Assembly (NCBI GenBank): GCA_963675495.1
Contig: OY776215.1
Span: 1,920,001-1,984,000 of the forward strand
Reading direction: 5' to 3'
Length of the DNA stretch: 64,000 bases
DNA from: an uncultured Methanolobus sp.
GTDB lineage: Archaea; Halobacteriota; Methanosarcinia; Methanosarcinales; Methanosarcinaceae
Made by a program: the position numbers and the translations under genes
Notes under the pieces: model-generated
Database searches by the model: none
What the model saw: the letters and a program-made list of their open reading frames with translations, nothing else
Told to the model about the DNA's origin: nothing
Shown here: positions 48,731 through 58,926 of the stretch, in pieces
How positions within the stretch are numbered: position 1 is the stretch's first letter
Layout of the letters: each line of letters starts with the position of its first letter

Positions 48731-50272
48731 ATGAAACACAATTTTTACGTTGGGTTTTCCTGTTTGCTTGCTTGCTTGATAGCTTTGTCCTTTTCCTCTT
48801 CTGCCGCGTATCTGAACCATTCGTTCCTTACCGGCCCATACGAGGAAGGACCGGATGTGACTGCAGATTGTATTTCATGTCACTCCCAGCAGGCAGCAGA
48901 CATGCTGAATTCGACTCACTGGCTCTGGACAACGTGTTCAGAGTGTGGATGTGAGGAACAGTCACACGAAGGATTGGGTAAACGCACAGTGATAAATAAT
49001 TTCTGTGTAGCCATAGGTTCAAATGAACCACGATGCACTTCCTGTCACACAGGTTATGGCTGGGCGGACAAGACCTTTGACTTCACCAATGCATCGAACA
49101 TAGATTGCGTGGTCTGTCACGAGACAACAGGTACATACAAGAAAATACCCACAGGTGCAGGAGCTGTTGATCCTTCTGTTGATCTTGTAGCCGTAGCTCA
49201 GAGTATTGGAAGTCCGTCACGTGAGACATGTGGAGGTAGTTGCCACTTCTTCGGTGGTGGTGGTGACAACGTAAAGCACGGTGATATGTCATCTGCGCTA
49301 CTTGAGCCTTCAAGGGAGCTTGATGTTCACATGGGTGGTATGGATTTTGATTGTCAGAACTGTCACAAGACGACTGCACACAATGTCGCAGGTCGCTTTG
49401 CTGGTGTTCCGGGGTCTGAATGCAGGGTTTTGTGTTCTGATTGTCATGGAGACACGCCGCATCAGGGAGTTTTCAAAGAACGCCTTGACGGTCACTCAGA
49501 CTCTATTGCCTGTCAGACATGTCACGTACCCGCGTTTGCTCGTGAAGTGCCAACAAAGATGTACTGGGACTGGTCTAAAGCAGGGCAGGATCTTGATACG
49601 GTGCCTGTAGACGAATACGGTAAAGCCACTTACAACATGATGAAGGGTGAATTTATCTGGGGAATGAATGTAACTCCTACATATGCCTGGTTCAATGGCA
49701 GTTTTGATAAGTATTACCTTGGGGATGAAGTCGATCCTGATGGAATTACCGTTCTCACTGCTCCCCTGGGTGACAGGTATGATGCGGATTCCAAGATATA
49801 TCCATTCAAGATCCATCTTGCAAAACAGATAAGTGATGCACAGTACGATTACCTCATCATCCCTGATTTGTTTGGAGGGGAGGATGCCTACTGGGTCACA
49901 TATGACTGGGACAGGGCATCAAGGGCAGGTATGGAGTATGTAGATATGCCTTACAGCGGCCAGTATGAATTCGTTGAAACTTCATTGTATGAAAGCATAA
50001 ACCATGAAGTAGCACCTAAAGAAGGTGCCCTTCAATGTAAAGATTGCCACCTTGATGATGGTGCTATGGACTTCAGTGCTCTTGGTTATGAAGGTGATCC
50101 AATGATCGTTGGTGAAAGGATGGTGAGTGATGAAGAGCTCAAAGAAATTGAATCCATGGATACGATGTCAGAAGAAGCCGAATCTCAGGCAGCGGAACCC
50201 AGTCCCGGATTTGAACTGATTGTGGGATTGTTTTGTCTCTTTGCTGCTGTGATGTTTGGTAGACGTAAATAA
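48731..50272 (+). CDS. Octaheme c-type cytochrome (tetrathionate-reductase/OTR family) with PGF-CTERM anchor
   Basis: Seven CxxCH plus one CxxxCH; GK...INNFC, GGGGDNVKHGD, DVHM, TK..WDWS.AG, SKIYPFK.H, INHEVAPK motifs; signal peptide; SPGF + TM + RRK. Confidence 0.88.
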   Translation: MKHNFYVGFSCLLACLIALSFSSSAAYLNHSFLTGPYEEGPDVTADCISCHSQQAADMLNSTHWLWTTCSECGCEEQSHEGLGKRTVINNFCVAIGSNEPRCTSCHTGYGWADKTFDFTNASNIDCVVCHETTGTYKKIPTGAGAVDPSVDLVAVAQSIGSPSRETCGGSCHFFGGGGDNVKHGDMSSALLEPSRELDVHMGGMDFDCQNCHKTTAHNVAGRFAGVPGSECRVLCSDCHGDTPHQGVFKERLDGHSDSIACQTCHVPAFAREVPTKMYWDWSKAGQDLDTVPVDEYGKATYNMMKGEFIWGMNVTPTYAWFNGSFDKYYLGDEVDPDGITVLTAPLGDRYDADSKIYPFKIHLAKQISDAQYDYLIIPDLFGGEDAYWVTYDWDRASRAGMEYVDMPYSGQYEFVETSLYESINHEVAPKEGALQCKDCHLDDGAMDFSALGYEGDPMIVGERMVSDEELKEIESMDTMSEEAESQAAEPSPGFELIVGLFCLFAAVMFGRRK

Positions 50273-50349
50273 AATAAGTTTGGTGTGTGATCGATCACAC
50301 CAAAATCTCATTTTTATTTTTCATATTAAATGTGTTAGTTCAGGCCAGT

Positions 50350-50646
50350 TCATACATTGCCGGCTATCATCAGCAAAGCGACAAACATTAGAATACCCAA
50401 CAGAAAGATCACTCCAAGTGCCAAAAAAATCTTTTTTCTTTGAGCTTCCTCCTCTGGTGTCATTGGCAAAGGGTTCGGATTGTACTTTTTTTCAAGAAAC
50501 GTTCCAATTCCTGCTCCAAGTACCAGGCCAATTGCCGGTCCTATAGCCATCATGCCTAACACCAGACCTATAGGAATCCCGAGGGGAAGGCCAATAACCA
50601 TGCCAATCGCCATAAAATAGCCCTTTTGATACCTTCTTTCCTGCAT
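50350..50646 (-). CDS. Small Gly-rich membrane protein
   Basis: GxxxG-rich TM hairpin, a linker and a C-terminal TM. Confidence 0.7.
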   Translation of the reverse strand: MQERRYQKGYFMAIGMVIGLPLGIPIGLVLGMMAIGPAIGLVLGAGIGTFLEKKYNPNPLPMTPEEEAQRKKIFLALGVIFLLGILMFVALLMIAGNV

Positions 50647-50770
50647 AGTATCCCACTATCATTTTAATCTATAAATATTGGGCAGTGTAGAAAGTATTGA
50701 GAGAAAATATGCTGCAATGTGTAGGAAAAATATTATTGTAAAAAGGAAAAAAGAAGAAATGAGCTAAAAT

Positions 50771-51676
50771 TTACTTTTCCCTGCGTCCGAAAATAAATGC
50801 TATTCCGATGATTGCAATCATTGGTAGTGCAACAGTCGGAAACTCAGGTACTTCCTCCTTATTGTACAGGCCAGCATCAATCACTTCGTTGTATTCTCCT
50901 GGAGCGAGTGAGAAACATTTTGTATTTCCATTAGTTCCGGCATCACTGTCCTTAGCATCATCCGTTCCCTGTTCTGGTTCACTGAAGGAGTATTTAGAAG
51001 GATTTGTGAACACAAGATAATAGCTACCAGGGTTAAGATAAGTGAATTCGTAGAATCCTGTGCTGTTAGTTGTTGTATTTGCAACCCACTCTCCTTCACA
51101 GGTGTAAATTCCAACTGTGATGTTTGACATGCCGTTCTCTCCGTCATCCTGTTCTCCATTTAAGTTCAGGTCGTTCCATACGAAGTTACCTACACTTGCA
51201 GTTTCAGGCTCAGGTTCTTCATACATACCGGCATCCCATGTTCTATCATATTCAGATGAAGAAATGTATGTGAATATTGTCTTTCCGGTAGTTGTATTTG
51301 CATCACTGTCCTTAGTATCATCATTTCCCTGGTCCAGCGGGCTGAAAACAAATCCTGCAGGAAGTACAAATTCAACACAATAGTTTCTATTGCTAGCTAG
51401 ACTGAAATTATAATGTCCGGTTGAATCTGTTGTTGTGTTTTCCAGGTAAGCACCATCATTCTGATATAAATTTACAGTTACTCCTGCTATTCCCGGCTCA
51501 TCAGTTTCCTGTATGCCATTAGCGTTTAGATCTTCCCAGACCCAGTCACCAATATGGCAAGCTGAAGCCGTTAATGATAATGATATCAGAATTATTAAAG
51601 TACTCACTACTATTTTAGCAGTTTTCCGATAATAGCCCCCACTATTTATCTTTATTTCTATCATGTTATCCACCAT
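50771..51676 (-). CDS. PEF-CTERM protein with two SdrD B-like domains
   Basis: Two IGD.VW.D.N.NG.Q...E.G..G.TV...DQG.DD.KDSDA repeats; VPEFPT + TM + GRREK. Confidence 0.9.
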   Translation of the reverse strand: MVDNMIEIKINSGGYYRKTAKIVVSTLIILISLSLTASACHIGDWVWEDLNANGIQETDEPGIAGVTVNLYQNDGAYLENTTTDSTGHYNFSLASNRNYCVEFVLPAGFVFSPLDQGNDDTKDSDANTTTGKTIFTYISSSEYDRTWDAGMYEEPEPETASVGNFVWNDLNLNGEQDDGENGMSNITVGIYTCEGEWVANTTTNSTGFYEFTYLNPGSYYLVFTNPSKYSFSEPEQGTDDAKDSDAGTNGNTKCFSLAPGEYNEVIDAGLYNKEEVPEFPTVALPMIAIIGIAFIFGRREK

Positions 51677-51915
51677 CTTGGGAGAATTGCCCCATTAAAC
51701 TCTGGCATTATCCTATATATTTATTTTTTATCACGCACATTAAATAATTATACAATAGTTATGTGAAAAACGCAGCTCTCTTCGAGTAACATTCATCAAT
51801 AGTTATTTTCATAGTGCATTGCCACGTATAACTACCAATTCAATTGAAGTTTAGGCATTTTTTAATATGTATGCTTCCTTCTATGATCTGATAACTAAAG
51901 AGAAAGTATGCTATA

Positions 51916-52667
51916 ATGGATAAAACTCCACTATATATTACAATGGGGCTGTTGCTTGTCAGTGCCATCTTTGTTACTGGGGCAATAGCAGATGATGTTG
52001 CTCTTATGATAGAACCATTTGTTTCAGAGAGGTCCTTTGTAGGTGTATCGTATGCAGAAGATGTGGAAGCCATAAGTATTCCTGACATGGGGTATGATAA
52101 GCTTCAGGTGAAACCATCATATTCATACCTGCAATTGCAGCCTGGTGAAACGAGTTCAGTTTCTATCACTGTCATCAACAGGGATGACGAAGCTGTGATC
52201 ATTGCCACTATCATGGTGTTACAGCCATACACAGAGAACTATCTTGAAGAATGGGTCACAATAACACCTTCAAATGTAATGATGAAGCCCGATGAGAAAA
52301 GGGAATTTACAGTGGAGGTAGCAGTTTCCGATGCATCTATCAGGATCGAAGTGTCAACAAACCAGTATGAATATTCAAGCTACGCAGGTGGGTCTTCAAC
52401 ACAATCTCCTTCCTTTGAGCTTGTGCTTAAAATGGTAATGACGAAGCTGAACTTGAGCTTGTAAAGACCGTGAACAAAGGTTCTGTGAACTTTGGCAGTG
52501 ATGATGTGATAATGTATTCATCCAAATCATCCGCATACCAGCAATATTTAACAACTTACACTGAGGCCTATGAGGCAACCGGAGCCATCGGAGATTGGGA
52601 ACTAAGTATTCTATCCGGGAATACTGACAATGTAGAGTACAGTATCACGGTAGGTGGCAGTGAGTAA
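51916..52667 (+). pseudogene. Degraded secreted-protein gene (frameshift near 52430)
   Basis: Signal peptide and Ig-like segment in 51916..52464. An alternative frame from about 52431 reads NGNDEAELELVKTVNKGSVNFG and joins ORF 52470..52667. Confidence 0.6.
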
Positions 52668-52809
52668 GGGATTCCTTCCTCTTTTTTTATTTTATGTCTT
52701 TTTTACTCTATAGTTAATGTTTTGACACATAAATCCTAAACATAATATTTTTATATAATGGAAAATATATATGATATGTACATAATCGTTTATAGATCCG
52801 AGGGGAATT

Positions 52810-52965
52810 ATGAAGGAACAAGACGAGCAAAAATTTGATGAGTTCAGGGAAATGTTCTGCAGATATATTGATACAGATGATCTATCTGAACAGGAATTCG
52901 AACTCAGATGCAATATGATAAATTTCGTTAAAAGTGCCTGTATCCAGACACTCGTTTCGTACTAA
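52810..52965 (+). CDS. Small acidic protein (51 aa), not in ORF track
   Basis: RBS GAGGGG; MKEQDEQKFDEFREMFCRYIDTDDLSEQEFELRCNMINFVKSACIQTLVSY; TATA-like tttatata upstream. Confidence 0.55.
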   Translation: MKEQDEQKFDEFREMFCRYIDTDDLSEQEFELRCNMINFVKSACIQTLVSY

Positions 52966-53132
52966 ACTGTGAACAGGAATCTGCTGCACATTGAGAGTTC
53001 CTGCTTGTGTTTGAAGCATTGGCTATCTAATTTTTTTTCTTATTTTCTTCAGTATTTACCTGATTTTTGAGTAATACTTATTTGCATAAACGAATCTTCT
53101 TAACTAAGGGCTACTGTCCCAGGTGTGAAAAT

Positions 53133-53543
53133 ATGCAGGGAATCAAAATATATACTGAAAAGATAGATAAGGGTGTGTTTAGGTCATCTGACGTTCCACT
53201 CGTTCTGAAAGTCTTGCGACAGGATTCAAAAAGTGGGTTGATCAAATTAACAACGGATGACGTTCACTTGTTTCAGGTGTACACATTTGCCTTGCAGCAA
53301 TTGGAACTTGTTGGAGGGACCGCTTCCTCTGAAACGCATGCTGGTGACTGGAGGCAAACGGTCGATGATCTTTTTAAACTTAAGCAGGTGATCGATGAAA
53401 TGGGGAAAAAAAATATTATCTCAAATGTTTCCTGGAATGCAGGGGGAATGGCGATATTTGATATACCTGATGCAGGATGTTACAGGGATCATATTTATTG
53501 TATGGTACGCGGGCATCTGAATAAGTTGTATGGCAGGCATTAG
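53133..53543 (+). CDS. Hypothetical protein
   Basis: RBS AGGTG before the ATG at 53133; coding-like; ends in TAG followed by T-rich terminator-like sequence. Confidence 0.65.
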   Translation: MQGIKIYTEKIDKGVFRSSDVPLVLKVLRQDSKSGLIKLTTDDVHLFQVYTFALQQLELVGGTASSETHAGDWRQTVDDLFKLKQVIDEMGKKNIISNVSWNAGGMAIFDIPDAGCYRDHIYCMVRGHLNKLYGRH

Positions 53544-53650
53544 GTCTGCTTTTCCAATTATTTCTTTTGTTTTATCTCTTACTTTTTCTCAACGGGGTTT
53601 TGCTATGCTCTGTTTTTTCTCTTCATATCCATTCAAACCTCAGCAGTTAT

Positions 53651-53705
53651 CTTTATATAGAACTGCCTGCATTTAGATTGAGCAGTACGAGTAAAAGTGC
53701 TCAAT
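53651..53705 (+). promoter_or_regulatory. Thermosome promoter with downstream inverted repeat
   Basis: CTTTATATAGAA TATA box (53651-62); ATTGAGCA-N13-TGCTCAAT IR (53677-705). Confidence 0.5.
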
Positions 53706-53757
53706 TATGACTAATATTACTCTATTATAGGATTTATGATTATTAGGAGGTTAAAAA

Positions 53758-55377
53758 TTGGCAGGACAACCTATGTACGCTTCAGGGAACAGAAGCAATA
53801 ATGGCCGTGCAAGGGATGCTCAGAGCATCAATATACTTGCAGGGAAAGCAGTTGCAAAAGCAGTAAGGACAACCCTTGGTCCAAAAGGTATGGACAAGAT
53901 GCTTGTTGATGGACTTGGAGATATAGTCATCACTAACGATGGTGCTACTATCCTCAGGGAAATGGACATCGAACACCCGGCCGCAAAGATGGTAGTTGAA
54001 GTTTCAAAGACCCAGGATGATGAGGTCGGCGATGGTACAACAACAGCAGCCGTACTTACAGGCGAGCTTCTTTCAATGGCGGAAGAGCTTATTGCAAAAG
54101 GAGTTCACCCTACAATTATTGCAGGTGGTTACAGACATGCAGCAAAGAAAGCTGTTGAGATATTGGAGACAATTACCATTAATGTGTCCAAGGACGACAG
54201 GGAAACCCTGAAGAAGCTGGCAAAGACTGCTCTCACAGGAAAAGCTGCTGGCGAGTACAAAGATTTCCTGGCTGAGATCGCTCTTGATGCTGTACTTTCT
54301 GTTTCTGAAGAAACAGATGATGGTATTGAGGTTGATGTAACTGACATCACTATCGAGAAACGTGAAGGTGGCAGTATCCTTGATTCCGAGATCATCACAG
54401 GGCTTGTAATTGATAAGGAAAGGGTCAGGCCAAATATGCCAAAGAAGATCGAGAATGCAAAGATTCTCCTTGCAAGCTTTGCAATTGAGCTTCAAAAGAT
54501 CGAGAAAACTGCAGAGATAAAGATCACATCACCTGACCAGATGCAAAACTTCGTTGATCAGGAAGAAAAAATGGTCAAGGAAATGGTAGATAAGATCATT
54601 GCAAGTGGCGCAAATGTCGTATTCTGCCAGAAGGGAATTGATGACCTTGCACAGTACTATCTTGAAAAGGCTGGTATCTATGCATGCAGAAGGATCACAA
54701 AGAGTGACCTCAAGAAGCTCGCAAAGGCAACAGGTGCAACACTTTTCCAGGATGTAACTGACATCAGACCAGCTGACCTTGGTTCTGCTGAATCTATTGA
54801 AGAAAAGAACCTCCACGGTTCAAAGATGACCTTCCTCCTTGGATGCAGGGAAGAGAAGACCGCATCAGTCATTCTTCACGGTGGTACAACGCACATAGTT
54901 GACAGTCTTCAGCGCGCTCTGAACGACGCTCTCTGTGTCATTGGTGTAGCATTGGAAGACCAGAGCATCGTTGCTGGTGGCGGTTCTCCGGAGATCGAGC
55001 TTGCGCTCAGGCTCAGGGAATATGCATCAACTCTCAAGGGCAGAGAGCAGTTGGCAGTCGCCAAGTTTGCAGAAGCACTTGAGATTATTCCTCAGACACT
55101 TGCAGAGAACGCAGGTCTTGACCCAATAGACAAACTCGTTGATCTTCGCTCACAGCACGAGCAGGGTAACAAGAACATGGGTCTTGATGTATTCACCGGA
55201 AAGGTTGTAGACATGTACGAGAACGATGTCCTTGAACCACTCAGGATAAAGACCCAGGCAATAAATGCAGCAACTGAAGCAACAGTAATGATTCTCAGGA
55301 TCGATGATGTTGTAGCTTCAAGAGGCAGTGGAGGCCCAATGCCACCAGGTATGCCACAGCCTGATATGGATATGTAA
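53758..55377 (+). CDS. ths: Thermosome (group II chaperonin) subunit
   Basis: [52 protein letters not shown]; TTG start with GGAGG RBS. Confidence 0.97.
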   Translation: MAGQPMYASGNRSNNGRARDAQSINILAGKAVAKAVRTTLGPKGMDKMLVDGLGDIVITNDGATILREMDIEHPAAKMVVEVSKTQDDEVGDGTTTAAVLTGELLSMAEELIAKGVHPTIIAGGYRHAAKKAVEILETITINVSKDDRETLKKLAKTALTGKAAGEYKDFLAEIALDAVLSVSEETDDGIEVDVTDITIEKREGGSILDSEIITGLVIDKERVRPNMPKKIENAKILLASFAIELQKIEKTAEIKITSPDQMQNFVDQEEKMVKEMVDKIIASGANVVFCQKGIDDLAQYYLEKAGIYACRRITKSDLKKLAKATGATLFQDVTDIRPADLGSAESIEEKNLHGSKMTFLLGCREEKTASVILHGGTTHIVDSLQRALNDALCVIGVALEDQSIVAGGGSPEIELALRLREYASTLKGREQLAVAKFAEALEIIPQTLAENAGLDPIDKLVDLRSQHEQGNKNMGLDVFTGKVVDMYENDVLEPLRIKTQAINAATEATVMILRIDDVVASRGSGGPMPPGMPQPDMDM

Positions 55378-55473
55378 AAATTCTTTTAAGTGCAGGTTCT
55401 CCCTGCACACTATTATCTTTTTTTATCTATATATTATCACTTTGTTTAGCTCAATGGATAAGGATTATATAAT

Positions 55474-55506
55474 TTGTAAACCACTAATCTATAAAACGGT
55501 TGACAA
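55474..55506. promoter_or_regulatory. BirA-type biotin operator
   Basis: TTGTAAACC-N15-GGTTGACAA upstream of bioY; matches the known TGT(A/T)AAC-N14-16-GTT(T/G)ACA BirA box pattern. Confidence 0.75.
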
Positions 55507-55583
55507 TATTATGTCTGCCCGGATATCTGTTAAAACGAGATTTTCACATATGTAGCATTCTCAAAAAAGGATGGTGACTTTTT

Positions 55584-56126
55584 GTGGTAGACAATGTATA
55601 TTCTCATAATGACAACATTAGAAAAATGGTCTTTGCATCCCTGTTTGCTGCTATGATGGCAGTTGGCGCCTACATTAAGATCCCTGTTCCTGTTAGTCCT
55701 GTTCCAATAACTTTGCAGACTCTTTTCATATTGCTTGCAGGAGCAATTCTGGGAGCCAGGTGGGGAACAATAAGTGTAATAGTCTACCTGCTTTTGGGAA
55801 TTGCAGGTCTTCCTGTATTTTCTGGTGGCAGTTCCGGACTGGGCATGTTTTTCGGACCAACCGGTGGTTATCTCATAGGCTTTATATTCGGTGCTTTTGT
55901 AATTGGATCTCTTTGTGACCGATATGGCCGGGACAATGTGTATCTAAATATGCTGTTCATGCTGTCAGGATTGTTTGCTATATACCTGTTCGGCGTTTTG
56001 CAGCTAATGAATGTTGCAAGTCTCTCTTTTCCGGAGGCTATAGCACTTGGTCTTATTCCCTACATCCCCGGAGCCATCGTTAAAATAATTGCATCATCGA
56101 TCATAGCTTCCAGATACTCTATCTAA
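55584..56126 (+). CDS. bioY: Biotin ECF transporter S component
   Basis: PVPITLQTL...LAG..LG...G, GLPVF.GG..G....GPTGGYL.GF. Confidence 0.95.
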   Translation: MVDNVYSHNDNIRKMVFASLFAAMMAVGAYIKIPVPVSPVPITLQTLFILLAGAILGARWGTISVIVYLLLGIAGLPVFSGGSSGLGMFFGPTGGYLIGFIFGAFVIGSLCDRYGRDNVYLNMLFMLSGLFAIYLFGVLQLMNVASLSFPEAIALGLIPYIPGAIVKIIASSIIASRYSI

Positions 56127-56134
56127 AGGGTTAC

Positions 56135-56950
56135 ATGATTCACATAAACAATCTGGATTATAGTTATCCTGACGGCACACAGGTACTTGATTCAATTTCT
56201 TTGAATATTCGCAAAGGAGAATTCGTAGCCATAGCAGGTAAGAATGGCTCTGGTAAATCAACACTCTTACGTCACATGAATGGTCTTCTTCTTCCCACGG
56301 AAGGTTCTGTTATCGTGAATGAAATGGATACCACTGATCCTTCATACATTCTGGATATACGTCAGATGGCGGGTATGGTCTTTCAGGACCCACAGTCACA
56401 GTTTATAGGAATGACTGTGGAAGAGGATATTGCATTTGGCCCTGAGAATCTTGGTCTTGCGCAGGAAGATATACGTGATCGTGTGGATAGGGCACTTCAG
56501 GATGTTGGCATGCAGGAGTACAAAAATCATACTTCAAGAGCATTAAGTGGTGGTCAAAAACAGAAAGTTGCATTGGCCTCTGTTCTAGCCATGGAACCTG
56601 AAATTGTATTATTTGATGAGGTGACTTCCATGTTGGACCCCAAGTCCCGAAAGGACATTCTGCACCTGATAACACAATTGAATGAAAAAGGAACTACTGT
56701 TGTATATGTAACCCATCGCCTTGAAGAGCTTGTCCATGCAGACCGTTTATTAGTAATGGAAAATGGTAGCATCACACATAATGGCAATCCACGTATAATT
56801 TTAAGCCAGATGGATTCCATGAATTTTGGTTTTGAGCTCCCGCCTATAATTGAGCTGGCAAAAAAGCTTTTTGATTCCGGTTTTATAGACCCGGCCTGTT
56901 TTCCACTTTCCCGGGAAGAACTCATGGAGGCTTTATGTCAATTGATGTAA
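56135..56950 (+). CDS. ecfA1: ECF transporter ATPase A
   Basis: GKNGSGKST, VFQDP.SQF...TVEEDIAFGPEN, LSGGQKQ, FDE. Confidence 0.92.
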   Translation: MIHINNLDYSYPDGTQVLDSISLNIRKGEFVAIAGKNGSGKSTLLRHMNGLLLPTEGSVIVNEMDTTDPSYILDIRQMAGMVFQDPQSQFIGMTVEEDIAFGPENLGLAQEDIRDRVDRALQDVGMQEYKNHTSRALSGGQKQKVALASVLAMEPEIVLFDEVTSMLDPKSRKDILHLITQLNEKGTTVVYVTHRLEELVHADRLLVMENGSITHNGNPRIILSQMDSMNFGFELPPIIELAKKLFDSGFIDPACFPLSREELMEALCQLM

Positions 56951-57753
56951 AGAATGTGAGTTTCGGATATAACAGCGGAACATCACTCGAAAAAAAGGCA
57001 TTGGATAACGTAAGTTTATCTATTGAAAAAGGAGAGTTCGTTCTTATAGCGGGTGAAGTAGGGTCTGGCAAATCAACTCTTATAAGGCACTTTAACGGTC
57101 TTCTCAAACCCCATTCAGGTTTGGTAACAGTGAGTGGAATAGAATCCAAAAATAAGGAAGTACGTTCAATAGCAGGTCTTTTGATGCAATATCCTCAAAA
57201 GCAACTCTTCGGAAAGACTGTTTTTGAAGATGTTTCTTTTGGACCATCTAATTTCGGATTAAAAGGTGAGGCTCTGGATCAAAGGGTAAGTGATGCCTTG
57301 AATCTGGTTGGTCTGGATACGGACATTTCTAAACTTTCACCTTTTGCTCTAAGCGGTGGCCAGATGCGTTTGGTAGCACTGGCAGGAGTAATGGCCATGA
57401 AACCAGAGTACCTGATTCTGGATGAACCCACTTCAGGTCTTGATCCCAAGAACCGTTCATCATTACTTTCAACACTGAACAAACTTCATAGTTCTGGTAC
57501 TTCCATTATTGTCGTTTCACATCAGATATGTGAACTTCTTCCACTTGTTGGAAAAGTGATTCTTCTTAAAAATGGTAAAGTATCTTTCACTGGTACTCCT
57601 GAAGAATACCTGAAATCAGTTTCATCCCCTTTGCCTGAGATAACTCTCCTTATGAAAGAGCTTAATCTGGCAGGTTTCAATGTACAAGAAGATATTTTCA
57701 CAGTAGATGATGCTTTTAGGGAGATAAGCAATGAACTGGAAAAAAGGGAGTAA
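56935..57753 (+). CDS. ecfA2: ECF transporter ATPase A'
   Basis: GEVGSGKST, QYPQKQLF..TV..D..FGP.N, SPF.LSGGQMR, LDEPT.GLDP. Confidence 0.92.
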   Translation: MSIDVKNVSFGYNSGTSLEKKALDNVSLSIEKGEFVLIAGEVGSGKSTLIRHFNGLLKPHSGLVTVSGIESKNKEVRSIAGLLMQYPQKQLFGKTVFEDVSFGPSNFGLKGEALDQRVSDALNLVGLDTDISKLSPFALSGGQMRLVALAGVMAMKPEYLILDEPTSGLDPKNRSSLLSTLNKLHSSGTSIIVVSHQICELLPLVGKVILLKNGKVSFTGTPEEYLKSVSSPLPEITLLMKELNLAGFNVQEDIFTVDDAFREISNELEKRE

Positions 57754-57759
57754 ATCAGG

Positions 57760-58533
57760 ATGAATAATCTCTTTTTGTCATTCGTTCCCGGCAGTTCCAT
57801 TCTTCACAGGCTCGATCCGAGAACAAAGATAATCGGTCTTATGCTTGCAAGTATCTGCATTCTTGAAGCTTCATCTTTTGTAGAGATGGTGTTAATAACT
57901 TTTGTTTTTTCAAGTCTGGTTATTGCCTGCAAGCTGCCACTAATGCACTTTGCCCGCTCAGTACGCCCTATGATCTTCTTTTTTGCTATCCTTTTCATTA
58001 CCCAACTGCTTTTTACGGAAGGAACCATAATGTATCGATTCAAATGGATATCGGTGAGCTATGAGGGTCTGGTGCTGGGTAGTATCATTACGCTGCGGTT
58101 TATTTTCTTGCTACTTTTTGCGGCCTTGCTCACAGCGACCACATCATCATCAAGGATTACAGTAGCTATTGAAAGACTTCTTCGTCCGCTACCAATTAGG
58201 TATGCCGGTATTTCTTCCCATGACCTTGCCATTATGATGTCCCTGTCTATCTATTTTGTACCGTTGCTGTATGATAATTTCAGAAGCCTGAAGGAAGCAC
58301 AGCTTTCCCGTGGATTGAATATCAAAAAAGCACCTGTAAAAGCTATATTTTCTCTTTCTGTTCCACTTGTGAGTTCTTCTGTACGTAGGGTTGAAGAGGT
58401 GGCGTCGGCAATGGAAAGCCGTTGCTACAAAAGTGTAGGACGTACATCTATTCATGTAATGGAAATTACAAAAGTTGATTATCTTTTCTTTTTTTTGTAT
58501 TCAACAATTTTCATTTTTTGTATTGTGCTCTGA
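57760..58533 (+). CDS. ecfT: ECF transporter transmembrane component T
   Basis: LHRLDPRTK, AQLSRG and AMESRCY motifs. Confidence 0.92.
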   Translation: MNNLFLSFVPGSSILHRLDPRTKIIGLMLASICILEASSFVEMVLITFVFSSLVIACKLPLMHFARSVRPMIFFFAILFITQLLFTEGTIMYRFKWISVSYEGLVLGSIITLRFIFLLLFAALLTATTSSSRITVAIERLLRPLPIRYAGISSHDLAIMMSLSIYFVPLLYDNFRSLKEAQLSRGLNIKKAPVKAIFSLSVPLVSSSVRRVEEVASAMESRCYKSVGRTSIHVMEITKVDYLFFFLYSTIFIFCIVL

Positions 58534-58549
58534 TTGCAGGAACAAGTTG

Positions 58550-58573
58550 ATATATGAACAAGTGTTCATATAT
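58550..58573. promoter_or_regulatory. SmtB/ArsR-type operator (11-2-11 perfect palindrome)
   Basis: ATATATGAACA-AG-TGTTCATATAT directly before the ArsR start codon. Confidence 0.85.
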
Positions 58574-58575
58574 TC

Positions 58576-58926
58576 ATGGGATGTATGGATCATATCTGTG
58601 CAGATGGCCAATCCATCAATGAAAAAGTTAAGAAATTACCCTCCGAAGAGTCGATATCTTCCATGTGCCAGATATTCAATGTCCTTCAATGTACCACCCG
58701 CCTGAAGATACTGTTTCTTTTGCTACAGGGGGAGCTGTGCGTTAAAGGTATAGAGGAAGTACTTGGGATCTCACAGTCGGCAATTTCCCATAGCCTGAGA
58801 AATCTCCGGCAACTTGACCTTGTTAGAGTAAAAAAAGAAGGTAGGTTCAAAGTTTATTATCTGGCAGACGAGCATGTTGAACAATTCATGTCTATGTGCA
58901 GAGAACATGTGGAGGAATCTAAATAA
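58576..58926 (+). CDS. ArsR/SmtB metal-sensing repressor
   Basis: TRLKIL..L...ELCV..I...LG.SQSAISHSLR.LR, Y.LADEHV...EH alpha5-type site, N-terminal Cys residues. Confidence 0.93.
   Translation: MGCMDHICADGQSINEKVKKLPSEESISSMCQIFNVLQCTTRLKILFLLLQGELCVKGIEEVLGISQSAISHSLRNLRQLDLVRVKKEGRFKVYYLADEHVEQFMSMCREHVEESK

Noticed and set aside
48731-50272. Call as MmcA
   Set aside because: No rnf genes are adjacent, and the eight hemes with OTR-family motifs fit the tetrathionate-reductase family better. Not confirmed by search.
53677-53705. CIRCE/HrcA element upstream of the thermosome
   Set aside because: It resembles AGCA...TGCT, but the arms and spacing do not match TTAGCACTC-N9-GAGTGCTAA; kept only as a generic inverted repeat.
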